Below are positions 18,812 to 29,960 of a DNA stretch of 64,000 nucleotides, in pieces (the first letter of the stretch is position 1; each line of letters begins with the position of its first letter). Below the pieces are notes generated by a model that had not been told where the DNA came from, did not search any database, and saw only the letters and a program-made list of their open reading frames with translations. Made by a program: the position numbers and the translations under genes. The stretch is from Bacillota bacterium (GTDB lineage Bacteria; Bacillota; Ch66; Ch109). Where the stretch lies: NCBI GenBank assembly GCA_050952625.1, contig JBMNLH010000003.1, positions 96,001 through 160,000 of the forward strand. The letters are read 5' to 3'.

Positions 18812-21800
18812 TTATTTATAATACCAGCCGGGTTTATGTCTTGTAGCCCTACCCCCTTTTGGGGTGAAATTGAATTTGTAACCGTGTTTTGCAAGCTCTT
18901 CCATACTAGAAGCCAGTTCCTTTCCACCAATCACCCAGAGAGCCCCTCCTTTATTCCGCTTGTCAACAAATGAAAAGCCTTTTCCCTGAAGCAACTGGGT
19001 AACAGAAACCTTTCCATTTGGATCAGTGTCAATAGACTGTATTGGATCTGAAAAAAGTCTCAATCCTATATATTGTTTATTTGGCACACTCCCTGCTAGT
19101 CTTTGTGATGTTAACATTTGTATCGTTGGAGCACTCTTAATCTCAGGGTTTTCGCTTTGTACAAGAACCTCTTTTTTTATTTTTAGAGGATCAGACGTTT
19201 TGTTTCGCCTGTTCCACCTTTTTGTTTGGAGCGATTCAAAAGAAACGATCTCCTCTCCATCACCCTTTTCCCACATTGCCCTGAGTTTCGCAGCATTTCG
19301 TTTGACTCTTTCCAATAAATCATTTCCCTGAGCAACTGGTATATAAAGGGTTGAATCAAGCGTTGGCGTAATGCCCATGCTTTTGATTTGTTCAAAGACT
19401 GGCTGCATAGCTTGTTCAGGATTGCGGTAAAATTGCGTTCCACGAATTCTAACAAAGTTCCAGCCTAGCCGTTCCAGAATTGCTTGACGGTTCAGATCGT
19501 CTTGGAGGTTGTCCAAAGTGTGCCACTTGTCTCCATCACATTCGACAGCCAACCTTTTTCCGTTACCCTCGATCACCATATCTATTCTATATGAACCGAC
19601 TTTCCATTGAGGTATAACTTTATAACCAGCGTCAATGAGAATGCCAGCCACCTTCTTTTCAAAATCTGATTCAGTACGTTCGAAAACTTTTTCACGTTCA
19701 CGCGCAAAAGCATTGGGATCTTTAGCGTGCTGAATAAGCTGAAGACGCAGATCCCCATCCTGCAAATCCGTTTCTGGATTGAGAGAATAAACCACCCACA
19801 GTTGATCACGAGCTCGGCTGGCTGCAACATTGTAACGCTTTTTAAATACCCCAAGTCGACCTTCTCTCCTAATAGGTAGAGGTCCTTCTTTTTCATTGGT
19901 ATCAATCATGGATAGGAATATTACATCTCTTTCATCACCCTGAAAATGAGCGGAACTACCGCATTGTATCTTCCTGCTGGCATATACTGTTGGTTCAAGG
20001 TATCTTCGAAGCAACCTATCAATATATAAGGCTTGTTCTTCACCTACGAGTGAAATGACACCGAAGGTAGCGTTTTCATACTCTGGTTCCTGAATACAAG
20101 CTGCAATCAAAGAGGCAATTATTATAGCTTCCTCCTTATTTACTTTACCGTTTGAACTAGCCTCTTCTACCCTATAGTCAATAACGTGGGGCTTAATCCT
20201 AATGCTGCTTGTATCACGCAATGGCCTGATTTTCCAATCATAACTCAGTCGATTGCTGAAGTTAATGATTTCTGGAACACATCTAAAATGCTCTCGGAGG
20301 CATACCGGTTGAAGGATCGTCATGGCCAAATCATATATAGAAAAATTACTATCATACAGTACTTTATTGGGAATACCCTGAAGCATTGTGTCGATAAGGG
20401 ATTGTACTTCCTGAAGTTTATCGCCAACCCCGAGCGGGCTGACCTGTTCGTCATCCCCAACAATAACGATTTGTTTACCCATATATACGGCTATTAAAGA
20501 CATCAAATCTGCCTGGCTGGCTTCATCGATTATAACTACATCAAACTTATTAGTACAAGGATTAAAGTTATCAACAAGCCTGGCTAACGGCATTATCCAA
20601 ACGGGAACTGCAGACTGACAGTCCGGCATAAGCTTTCTAGCTTCAGCTTTCAATTTGGGTACACGGACACCAGTTCCCCTCCCAATTCTTTGAATAATCA
20701 TTTTCCAACCCTGGAGTGCAAGACGTTGCTTATCATCGATCCTTCTTATTTGTGAAGCCCAAGAACGCTTTTCGATAAGTTTGCCTGTAATAAATCTTAG
20801 CTGATCGCTCGTTACTTCTATTTTATTTTGAATGTCGGCTACATTTAGGGCTGCCCTTCTATCTAATTCGTCGTTTAACTGACGCCAGATCCATGCGTCA
20901 TGGACTTTTCCAGGAGGGGTGTCACTACCATGAACATCTCGTTTTGCTCTGATAAAATCTGCCCAGGTTGGAGCAACGCGACTCACCTTATCCAGGAGTT
21001 CATTTCGTTTACGGTAGTTGACTGCTTGTTCCGTCAAATGGCGAAGGTAGGCGTAGGTTTTGGTATAGGCTAATACGTCTTCTTTTATTACCGCCTCCAG
21101 CAAGTCATTGCTGAGCCTATCTGAGATAGACAAGTCTCTTAACCTGTTTTCAAGATCTGCCAATTGTGATATAACCTGCTCATAATCCAGACAATTAACT
21201 TTTGCTTCTATAATAGGCGGTAATATTTCAGTTACAGCCAATATGTATTGTTCAAGCTGATCACTGGCAGTGCAGACCTGGCTTAAAGCCTTGTCCCAGC
21301 AAAGTCCACAATCTATCAGGGATTGAAGCACCGGGAGGAACTGATTGGAATACCAGCCCAGGGCATTTTCGATCAGGGTGCTGTATCTGAGACAAGTAAC
21401 TTCTGGGGTCATGTCATCAGGTTCAATAATCGGACCATTAATTTCAGAAACCTGACGTTCCCACCTCAAAATTAGCTTATAGCGCATCAACTGTATATCC
21501 GCCGCAGCTTTTAATGCATCAAAATGCTTAGGGATTGAGGGTTTAAAACCGTTTACTGAGCAATTGCTAAGGATTGATTTCCATTTAGGTTTGAGGAGTA
21601 GCTTAAAGTAGCCTAATTTGCTCTTTGTGCTTACATAATGATGGATTTCATCTATAATTATTTGGACTTCTTCGGGCGATTTGTCTAAAGGAAGCCGAGG
21701 TCCATATTCAGTTAATAGTTCGTTATGTTTCAAACTCAAATTATAGGTGTCCTCAATTAACTGCCGCAGGCTGTACCAGGTTTCTTTCTGTGACTCAGTA

Positions 21801-23740
21801 ATTCCTTGGACCGTAATAGCACGGAGCCAATCAGGTTTACCAGCAATGCTCTGCACAGCCTCAATCAAAGTTTTAAAAGAATTTCTAATTTGGTCCGAGC
21901 TAACGTTTGAGGACAACCAAAAGGATTTTCCATGCTTTAGATCCATTGATTCGTATTTCGCCTTAAGTTGAAGTAAGTTGCTGAATGCTTCGGGATCTAT
22001 CAGATTATCGAGCGAAGGCAGATTTCGTGATAAATAATCTTCATCATCAACTGTGATAGAGGCGTTTAACCGGTAAAGTTCACTGCATTCATAATCGGAA
22101 ATCGGACAAGGTTCATCTTTGCTGATTGGAGATGGAATCCAGCCGTCCTTTGCTGCTCCAGACGCCACAATTTTCGCTGCATCAATAGGTTTATACTCCC
22201 TACCGTCCAAGACGATAGGTGTATACTCACTTAACCGAGCTATCTTAAGGTCGTTCCTGAACTGCCGTAGGTTTTTCAATAATCTTAGCCGCTGATCATG
22301 GAGTCGATTTGCTTCCTCATCTAAAAGATCAGCATTCAAATCAGCTAGCCTTTCAGTAATTTCGTTGACTGAGCTCTCAAGCTCCTTACGGTTGTCATCC
22401 GAAAGAATACTTACACAGAGCGGTTGGAGCGGTTTAACAACTTTGTCACGAAGCACCCGTAAAGCTTTGGCTGTGTGACTGGTAATAAGAACACTTTTAC
22501 CTTGGGCTAAAAAGTGTCCGACTAGGTTTGCAATTGTATGAGTTTTGCCGGTCCCAGGCGGACCTTGTACCAGAACGGACCCATGTTTTTGAATGTATTT
22601 AACTATCTGAAGCTGTTCAGCATTTGCTTCTTTACTGAATAAGACATCTTCATCTTCACCATTTGGATCTAATATCATAGAACCATGATCTTCTGAGATA
22701 ACTGGATCCATTTCTAAACCAAGTACTCTCGGTAAGAAACTGGGAAGGTCTTTAAAATCTGTATTTGGCAATTCATCCAGGATAGATTCGATTGCGACTC
22801 CGAAGCCTAAACTACGTCTTCTTAAATATATTACCGGTGATTTTCCGATACGCGGGACATCTTTTTCTCCCATGGGCGGTTTATCACCTTCAATAAACTC
22901 ACCTTTAGGTGCAATCTGCGGAGCTAATGAACGAAAAAAATCAGTTGTTTTCTCTTCTTCCAAAGGGTGGATTGAACCACTATTAACGAGTTCAAGAGAA
23001 TCCGAAACCGTTTTTGAATTTATATTCGGTAAGGTTCGAAGAAGAGCAGAATACAACTCTGGGCTTTTATCACTTTCAACGAACTTGAATTCAGGTATTA
23101 TAGGATCGAAGATAAGGTCTATTCGTTGCAGAAGTAAGGGGTGGTTGACGATTATACCGTTTGGGAGCGGCCAATTGAGTATACCATCTCCAAGCACTAA
23201 TTCAACCTGCTCAGATTCCCTCTGAATCCGGGAATAAAGTTCGTAGACGTTTTCGAAAATGCCTTGTACCTGATTAATCAGCTTCTGTTGCTCTGCCCAT
23301 TCGTTTCGTACTATTAACCATTCGTCAAACAATTCTCGGAGATCATTATTATCACTTAGATCTATGGAAATCTCATTTCCTTCATCGTCTAATCCGGTTA
23401 TTGGATGAACAGTTACAGGTCGATTGCAGTTGTCCCACCCAGCGTCTAAGTATGGACTGATTTGTTCAGGGGGCATAGGTATAGGCAAATTCCGGGGGCG
23501 CGTAATCTTAAGTATGTATTCTTTGCCGGTTGTAGTTGTATCATCGTCGACAATATCTCCATCATCGCTCGCGACATATTTGGAAGCAATATCAATGCAA
23601 TCGTGGTCAGGCAAATTTACAAACCACAGATTCCAAAGCTGCCTCTGGACATCCTTTTCTACGGGATTCTTTATTTGATCCAGAGCCTGCAGAAATCGAA
23701 ATACTTGATTCAATTTACTTCGAATATTATCAGTATTCAT
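18812..23740 (-). CDS. SF1 (UPF1/DNA2-like) helicase fused to a Vsr/DUF559-like endonuclease
   Basis: QGPPGTGKT, IIDEASQ, GDDEQ, EHFR, FQGDERD and NVAASRAR motifs, then ESDFEK..YRIDMV..VECDGDKWH..RQAILERLGW. Confidence 0.9.
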   Translation of the reverse strand: MNTDNIRSKLNQVFRFLQALDQIKNPVEKDVQRQLWNLWFVNLPDHDCIDIASKYVASDDGDIVDDDTTTTGKEYILKITRPRNLPIPMPPEQISPYLDAGWDNCNRPVTVHPITGLDDEGNEISIDLSDNNDLRELFDEWLIVRNEWAEQQKLINQVQGIFENVYELYSRIQRESEQVELVLGDGILNWPLPNGIIVNHPLLLQRIDLIFDPIIPEFKFVESDKSPELYSALLRTLPNINSKTVSDSLELVNSGSIHPLEEEKTTDFFRSLAPQIAPKGEFIEGDKPPMGEKDVPRIGKSPVIYLRRRSLGFGVAIESILDELPNTDFKDLPSFLPRVLGLEMDPVISEDHGSMILDPNGEDEDVLFSKEANAEQLQIVKYIQKHGSVLVQGPPGTGKTHTIANLVGHFLAQGKSVLITSHTAKALRVLRDKVVKPLQPLCVSILSDDNRKELESSVNEITERLADLNADLLDEEANRLHDQRLRLLKNLRQFRNDLKIARLSEYTPIVLDGREYKPIDAAKIVASGAAKDGWIPSPISKDEPCPISDYECSELYRLNASITVDDEDYLSRNLPSLDNLIDPEAFSNLLQLKAKYESMDLKHGKSFWLSSNVSSDQIRNSFKTLIEAVQSIAGKPDWLRAITVQGITESQKETWYSLRQLIEDTYNLSLKHNELLTEYGPRLPLDKSPEEVQIIIDEIHHYVSTKSKLGYFKLLLKPKWKSILSNCSVNGFKPSIPKHFDALKAAADIQLMRYKLILRWERQVSEINGPIIEPDDMTPEVTCLRYSTLIENALGWYSNQFLPVLQSLIDCGLCWDKALSQVCTASDQLEQYILAVTEILPPIIEAKVNCLDYEQVISQLADLENRLRDLSISDRLSNDLLEAVIKEDVLAYTKTYAYLRHLTEQAVNYRKRNELLDKVSRVAPTWADFIRAKRDVHGSDTPPGKVHDAWIWRQLNDELDRRAALNVADIQNKIEVTSDQLRFITGKLIEKRSWASQIRRIDDKQRLALQGWKMIIQRIGRGTGVRVPKLKAEARKLMPDCQSAVPVWIMPLARLVDNFNPCTNKFDVVIIDEASQADLMSLIAVYMGKQIVIVGDDEQVSPLGVGDKLQEVQSLIDTMLQGIPNKVLYDSNFSIYDLAMTILQPVCLREHFRCVPEIINFSNRLSYDWKIRPLRDTSSIRIKPHVIDYRVEEASSNGKVNKEEAIIIASLIAACIQEPEYENATFGVISLVGEEQALYIDRLLRRYLEPTVYASRKIQCGSSAHFQGDERDVIFLSMIDTNEKEGPLPIRREGRLGVFKKRYNVAASRARDQLWVVYSLNPETDLQDGDLRLQLIQHAKDPNAFAREREKVFERTESDFEKKVAGILIDAGYKVIPQWKVGSYRIDMVIEGNGKRLAVECDGDKWHTLDNLQDDLNRQAILERLGWNFVRIRGTQFYRNPEQAMQPVFEQIKSMGITPTLDSTLYIPVAQGNDLLERVKRNAAKLRAMWEKGDGEEIVSFESLQTKRWNRRNKTSDPLKIKKEVLVQSENPEIKSAPTIQMLTSQRLAGSVPNKQYIGLRLFSDPIQSIDTDPNGKVSVTQLLQGKGFSFVDKRNKGGALWVIGGKELASSMEELAKHGYKFNFTPKGGRATRHKPGWYYK

Positions 23741-25448
23741 ATTGTATAATCACCCAACCTTAAAAACAGGAGTAATATTTACACCTTTCGTCCTCCCTGT
23801 ACATCGCTTCTGTTTTATCAATTGTACAGGGGCCTGATTTGAGTGGCTCATTTATTCGTGATCACTAAGGATCTTTTTGGCTCACTATTAGGGTTCTTTC
23901 CAATCTTTGTTGAATCTGGTGCAGGTTAAGGTATAATGGAATAGTCTGAGATATTTAAAAAGAGGCTATTCTATGAATGAATTTATTAAGTTATTAGATG
24001 AGAATTTAGAGTACCTCAGCCATGAGATAATTGACGGATACGATTTTTATTAGAGTTCAGTCAATTAGAAAACAAGTTATCTGTCCTTTTTGTGGGCAAC
24101 CTTCGTCAAAAACACATTCCCGTTACGACAAAAGCTTTCAAGATTTACCCATGCAGAATAAGAAAGTAATTATAATTCTCAGCAACCGAAAAATGTTTTG
24201 TCTTAATCCAGATTGTAACCATACAACTTTTGCCGAAACTTTCGACTTCTTACCAGCCAAGGCTAAGAAGACAAAGCGACTGGAAGATAAGATAATAAAT
24301 ATAGCTATGAACGTAAGCTCCCTTACAGCATCTGCTATATTAAAGACAAATGTTGCAAAAGTAGGAAAAAGTACTATTTGTAATCTCTTAAAAAAAAGGC
24401 ACACCGATAATTGATAAGACATTAGTTTCCGTGGTCTGTATAGATGAATTTGCAATTAAGAAAAGGGAATCCTATGGAACAATCATGGTTGATATTAATA
24501 CCCATCGTGTGATTGATTTAATCCCATCAAGAGAATGTGCTGACGTGGTAGAATGGCTAAAAACCTACCCGAATCTTAAAATAATTTCCAGAGATGGGTC
24601 TATTACGTATCATAATGCGATAACAACAGCACATCCGGATGCAGTACAGGTAAGTGACAGATTCCATCTATTAAAAAATTTAACTTCATATTGTAAAGAC
24701 TTCCTTATGAAATGCTTTAAACCTAAAGTAATTATTGAGATTCCTAAAAAAACTGGGGCCGATACGGTTGAAACACAAGATCCCTCTGTCCAAAACAAAA
24801 AACTAACGCTAGCAGAAAAGTCAAATCGAGCACTAGTAATGCTGGCAGAAGGTATCAGCAAAACACAGATTTGCAGGCAGTTGAATATGGATATTCGGAC
24901 ACTAGATAAATTGATGGGAATGAGCGACGAAGAACGAAATCTGTATGTAAAAAGCAGTATGGAACTCTCTCATGGACAAAAAGTGTTAAAGAAACAAGAA
25001 TTAATAAATACCGTAAGGGATATGCATGAGAGAAAATGTTCTATAAGATCAATTGCCAAAGAGTTACAATTATCTAGACAGACAGTTGCAAAATATTTAG
25101 ATAAAGGCTTAACAGCCGTCCATGGAAGCTATGGCGTTAAGAAAAAGAGCATCTTAGATCCATACCTAGATGAAATAAATGGGTTAATTGATAAAGGCGT
25201 TTCCTCGTCTGTAATTGAAGCAGAAATCCGTCAAAAAGGTTATACCGGTTCTTCCTCTACAGTTAGGCATTATATAACGCGCTTGAAAAAACTGATTCAA
25301 AATACATACAATACCACTGAAATTAAGCCAGAAAACACCAGATTACTGGAACGCAAACTGTTAATTAAACTATTATTCAAACCAGTGGAGAAAATCAAAG
25401 GACTGAGCAAGGAATGCTTAGATATAGTGAATAATCAATACCCCCGGT

Positions 25449-27055
25449 CACTAGTGTTGCATTAAATTTTTTAACAAAGCACTAAGTAGTTCATTATCAT
25501 AAATGCTTAATAAATATACATGTTAATTACCATAATATAACTGGTCCTATAAGAAAAAACTCCTTATAATAGAGATGTACAGGTAGTCCTGTCCATAATC
25601 TCTAAGATAAGGAGATCCCACTTATGGACAAGGATACCAAAAAATCTGCATTTCGTGAATGCCTTGAGCCTATATTTGTATCTAGTTTTCAAAAGCTACT
25701 TAAAACCTGGGACATTGACAAGTACGTCAAAAAGCTGTTCGCTAATAACTTTATCCTTTTAATGCTTTACGCCCAGATTGATTGCCTTGACAGTTTGCGC
25801 CATACGAGTCAGATATTGAAGGATAGTGAAAAACTTCAGGAACTTATTGGAATAACTTCTATAAGTGCATCACAGCTATCCAGAAAACTCAGAGAAATGT
25901 CAACCGAAGTTCTTGAAAAATTGTTTACTGAACTCGTAAAGGAGCTAGAAGCAACAATTGGTCATAAAGCAATGAGTCATCGTCTTAAAAGGATTTTCTT
26001 GGTGGATGCCTCGGTGATTAGCATTTGTCTCTCCAATCACCTTTGGGCAACCTACCGGAAAACTAAGGCCGGAGTCAAGCTTCACCTAAAACTAGCCTTT
26101 TATCCTGAAGTCGGGGTTTATCCTTATACGGCAATTATCACAACCGCTAAAGGTAACGACCGGACTCAAATGGATAACTTGGTCGTTGAAGAATCTGGAG
26201 ATGCGCTTTACGTTTTTGACCGAGGTTACATTGATTACGAGAAGTTCGACAGCTATTGTGACAATAACAACCAGATCCGGTTTGTCAGCCGTTTAAAATC
26301 AAATGCGGTCAAGGAGTTAATCCTAGAGCAAAAGATCCTGGTTGATAATGAATGGGCACTGGAGCGAATTGTTCGTCTAGGCACACCGGGAGTTAACCAA
26401 ATGAAACATCCTCTACGGTTAATTGAAACCCGGGATACTCAAGGAAATGCCGTCACGATTGTAACCAATGACTTTGAACTAACTGCTCAAGAAATCAGTG
26501 ATATTTATCGGAACCGGTGGGCAATTGAACTATTTTTTAAATGGGTGAAGCAACATCTCAAGGTCAAAAAGTTTTATGGTAATAGCGAGAATGCCGTAAA
26601 GAATCAGATTTGGCTAGCCCTCATATCCTTTTGTTTGATGACATTACTCCAATCAAAGGTAAAGTTCTCGGGAGAGCTCTTGAGTCTTCAACGTCTTCTA
26701 CAATCTTGTGGATATGATTCTTTAGAACTTTTCCTCGACAAGTTGTTTAGGCCACCAGCTCGTAAATCTAATGGTGGAAGGCGAAAGAATACATGGGAAC
26801 AGGAATTCTGGCGGCTTAACGAAGAAACATTGCTTTATGGGACTAGTATTCTAGATGAAATGATCCTGGATCTTATTTAACAAAATTAGGCAACGAAATG
26901 TGGCACAGGACTATCTTTAATTGATCACTTGCTTTTTAACATTTACGGGAAAAACTCCTGTTCAGAATATTCAATCTTCGTCTATTTAGCCCTATATATA
27001 AGCCAGTGTAAAATGCACTTAGAAGAAATGGGTTAAATTTTATGCATCACTAATG
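25449..27055 (+). mobile_element. IS4-family element copy 1 (1607 bp)
   Basis: IRs CACTAGTGTTGCATTAAATTT / AAATTTTATGCATCACTAATG; 9-bp TSD ACCCCCGGT. Confidence 0.95.
25624..26880 (+). CDS. IS4-family DDE transposase
   Basis: VDAS, FDRGY and YRNRWAIELFFKWVKQ (YREK-type) motifs. Confidence 0.95.
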   Translation: MDKDTKKSAFRECLEPIFVSSFQKLLKTWDIDKYVKKLFANNFILLMLYAQIDCLDSLRHTSQILKDSEKLQELIGITSISASQLSRKLREMSTEVLEKLFTELVKELEATIGHKAMSHRLKRIFLVDASVISICLSNHLWATYRKTKAGVKLHLKLAFYPEVGVYPYTAIITTAKGNDRTQMDNLVVEESGDALYVFDRGYIDYEKFDSYCDNNNQIRFVSRLKSNAVKELILEQKILVDNEWALERIVRLGTPGVNQMKHPLRLIETRDTQGNAVTIVTNDFELTAQEISDIYRNRWAIELFFKWVKQHLKVKKFYGNSENAVKNQIWLALISFCLMTLLQSKVKFSGELLSLQRLLQSCGYDSLELFLDKLFRPPARKSNGGRRKNTWEQEFWRLNEETLLYGTSILDEMILDLI

Positions 27056-27527
27056 ACCCCCGGTATAAAGAGATCATAGATATAGTTCAAGAATTCAAGA
27101 GAATATTGAAGGATAAAAATGTTAATAAGATTGAACAGTGGCTACATAGGGCAGCCAGCTTAAATATCCGTGAAATAAACTCATTTATAAACGGTATTAC
27201 TAGAGATATTATTGCTGTAAAAAATGCCATTAAATACGAATACAACAACGGACTTGCTGAAGGTTGTGTAAATAAACTTAAAGTTGTGAAAAGGATTATG
27301 TATGGCCGTAATAGTTTTGAAATGTTAAGAAAGAAGTTGTTATGGCTCGAAAGAAGATGCCAGTTCAACTAACGTTGGAAAGAACCACTATTAGATTATC
27401 ATTCACATTTCTTATTAAACGGTATTAAATAGATTTGGAAATATTTTATTGTCGACAAAATCGATCGGATTATAATTATCCATTTGTGAATATTTTATGG
27501 TTAATAGATTAAATTCTTAGTCATTTT

Positions 27528-29129
27528 CACTAGTGATGCATAAAATTTAACCCATTTCTTCTAAGTGCATTTTACACTGGCTTATATATAGGGCTAAATA
27601 GACTAAGATTGAATATTCTGAACAGGATTTTTTCCCGTAAATGTTAAAAGCAAGTGATCAATTAAAGATAGCCCTGTACCACATTTCGTTGCCTAATTTT
27701 GTTAAATGAGATCTAAGGTTGTTTCATCTAGAATACTAGTCCCATAAAGCAATGTTTGTTCGTTTAGCTGCCAGAATTCCTGTTCCCATGTATTCTTTCG
27801 TCTTCCATTAGATTTACGAGCTGGTGGTCTAAACAGCTTTTCAAGGAAAAGTTCTAAAGAATCATATCCACAGGATTGTAGCAAACGTTGAAGACCCAAG
27901 AGCTTTCCCGAGAACTTTACCTTTGATTGGAGTAATGTCATCAAACAAAAGGATATTAGTGCTAGCCAAATCTGATTCTTTACGGCATTCTCGCTATTAC
28001 CATAAAACTTTTTGACCTTGAGATGTTGCTTCACCCATTTAAAAAATAGTTCAATTGCCCACCGGTTTCGGTAAATATCACTGATTTCTTGGGCAGTTAA
28101 CTCAAAGTCATTGGTTACAATCGTGACGGCATTTCCTTGAGTATCCCGGGTTTCAATTAACCGTAGAGGATGTTTCATTTGGTTAACTCCCGGTGTGCCT
28201 AGACGAACAATTCGCTCCAGTGCCCATTCATTATCAACCAGGATCTTTTGCTCCAGGATTAACTCCTTTATCGCATTTGATTTTAAACGGCTGACAAACC
28301 GAATCTGGTTGTTATTATCACAATAGCTGTCGAACTTCTCGTAATCAATGTAACCTCGGTCAAAAACGTAAAGCGCATCTCCAGATTCTTCAACGACCAA
28401 GTTATCCATTTGAGTTCGGTCGTTACCTTTAGCGGTTGTGATGATTGCCGTATGAGGATAAACCCCAACTTCGGGATAAAAGGCTAGTTTTAGATGAAGC
28501 TTAACTCCACCCTTAGTTTTCCGGTAGGTTGCCCAAAGGTGATTGGAGAGACAAAGGCTAATCACCGAGGCATCCACCAAGAAAATCCTTTTAAGACGAT
28601 GACTCGTTGCTTTTTGGCCAATTGTTGCTTCCAGTTCTTTTACGAGTTCAGTAAATAATTGCTCAAGAACTTCGGTCGACATTTCTCTGAGTTTTCTGGA
28701 TAGCTGCGACGCACTTATAGAATCTAATCCAATAAGTTCTTGAAGTTTCTCACAATCCTTTAATATCTGACTCGTATGGCGCAAACTGTCAAGGCAATCA
28801 ATCTGGGCGTAAAGCATTAAAAGGATAAAGTTATTAACAAACAGCTTTTTGGTGTATTTGTCAATGTCCCAGCTTTTAAGTAGTTTTTGAAAACCAGATG
28901 CAAATATAGGCTTAAGGCATTCACGAAATGCAGATTTTCTGGTATCCTTGTCCATAAGCAGATCTCCTTATTTTAGAGATTATGGACAGGACTACCTGTA
29001 CATCTCTATTATAAGGAGTTTTTTCTTATAGGACCAGTTATATTATGGTAATCCGCATGTATAATCGTTAAACATCTATGATGAATGAACAACTTAGTAT
29101 TTTGTTAAAAAGTTAATGCAACACTAATG
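27528..29129 (-). mobile_element. IS4-family element copy 2 (diverged isoform, 1602 bp)
   Basis: Same IR type; 9-bp TSD AGTCATTTT at 27519-27527 and 29130-29138. Confidence 0.95.
27702..28955 (-). CDS. IS4-family DDE transposase (diverged paralog)
   Basis: 417 aa; same motifs, many substitutions relative to copies 1 and 3. Confidence 0.95.
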   Translation of the reverse strand: MDKDTRKSAFRECLKPIFASGFQKLLKSWDIDKYTKKLFVNNFILLMLYAQIDCLDSLRHTSQILKDCEKLQELIGLDSISASQLSRKLREMSTEVLEQLFTELVKELEATIGQKATSHRLKRIFLVDASVISLCLSNHLWATYRKTKGGVKLHLKLAFYPEVGVYPHTAIITTAKGNDRTQMDNLVVEESGDALYVFDRGYIDYEKFDSYCDNNNQIRFVSRLKSNAIKELILEQKILVDNEWALERIVRLGTPGVNQMKHPLRLIETRDTQGNAVTIVTNDFELTAQEISDIYRNRWAIELFFKWVKQHLKVKKFYGNSENAVKNQIWLALISFCLMTLLQSKVKFSGKLLGLQRLLQSCGYDSLELFLEKLFRPPARKSNGRRKNTWEQEFWQLNEQTLLYGTSILDETTLDLI

Positions 29130-29289
29130 AGTCATTTTACATTTTCCTTCTATATCCATAATATTTTCTAAATAATTTTAGCGAATTACGTATCGGTATA
29201 GATTTCAACCCTACACAATTTTCTTATCCTTATCGTACTATGTATGAATTACCGCCAAAAACTTACCTGAAATTATAAAAAGATACATC

Positions 29290-29494
29290 CGTACCCCCAT
29301 CGAAACCCTCCCCAACCTGGTGGTACCGGGATACCCCGTCCACCGACATCGAGCTGGAAGAATTTTTGAAATCGGCTAACATTTACTTCGATGGCTCCCC
29401 GCTAGATGAAGAAGATAAGGAGGACATTTTAACTTACCTCAAGGTTAAGTGGGAAAGAGAGAAAAGAAAAAGGGAAAAGGAAAGCAAAAGATAG
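29290..29494 (+). pseudogene. C-terminal remnant of a phage/ICE XRE repressor
   Basis: Manual translation ..WWYRDTPSTDIELEEFLKSANIYFDGSPLDEEDKEDILTYLKVKWERE..*; no start codon or HTH. Confidence 0.55.
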
Positions 29495-29498
29495 AGGA

Positions 29499-29729
29499 GT
29501 GATAAAGTTGACTTCTCACCGTTTTCTAGTGGTAATCGAGCAAGACGAAGATGGCAAATACATTGCTTCTGTACCATCTCTCCCCGGGTGCCATACTCAG
29601 GCGGATAATCTGACTGACCTGGATAAACGCATTCAAGAGGCAATAAAGCTTTACCTTGATGAAAATGCTGATGTTGTTATACCAGAGGGAAAGTTTATCG
29701 GTATCTATCAAGTTGAGGTGCAGGCATGA
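29499..29729 (+). CDS. hicB: HicB-family antitoxin (short form)
   Basis: FLVVIEQDEDGKYIASVPSLPGCHTQAD..IQEAIKLYL. Confidence 0.9.
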   Translation: MIKLTSHRFLVVIEQDEDGKYIASVPSLPGCHTQADNLTDLDKRIQEAIKLYLDENADVVIPEGKFIGIYQVEVQA

Positions 29730-29773
29730 CAAGGCTTGCGATTATTTCCGCTGAAAAAATGGAACGCATATTA
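29726..29773 (+). pseudogene. HicA toxin 5' stub truncated by IS1634
   Basis: ATGA overlap with hicB; MTRLAIISAEKMERIL then an abrupt switch to IS sequence. Confidence 0.65.
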
Positions 29774-29960
29774 CCCAAGTATATAAGGGATACACATAGG
29801 TGGAAGGGCCGCTGAATTCAGCGGCCCTAAACTATCCTATCGTCAATTTACCTCATCTACACAAACTTAAAGCCCACACTCGGCATGTCAAAAATTTCTA
29901 GAAAAATTTTTTAAAATATGTCCAGTATCTGGCAGGGACCGCTAAATTTATGTCGAATAT

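Larger units (their letters stand above)
23973..27372 (+). pseudogene. ISL3 transposase, frameshifted and split by IS4
   Basis: Zn finger CPFC..C..C, IDEFA, SRD, DRFHL, NGLAEG.VNKLKVVKR.MYGR. Shifts near 24035 and at the A8 run 24390-24397; reads NNQYPR|YKEII across the IS4. Confidence 0.9.
23892..27386 (+). mobile_element. ISL3-family insertion sequence, interrupted by IS4
   Basis: IRs GGTTCTTTCCAATCTTTGTTGAA / TTCAACTAACGTTGGAAAGAACC; 8-bp TSD ACTATTAG at 23884-23891 and 27387-27394. Confidence 0.93.
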
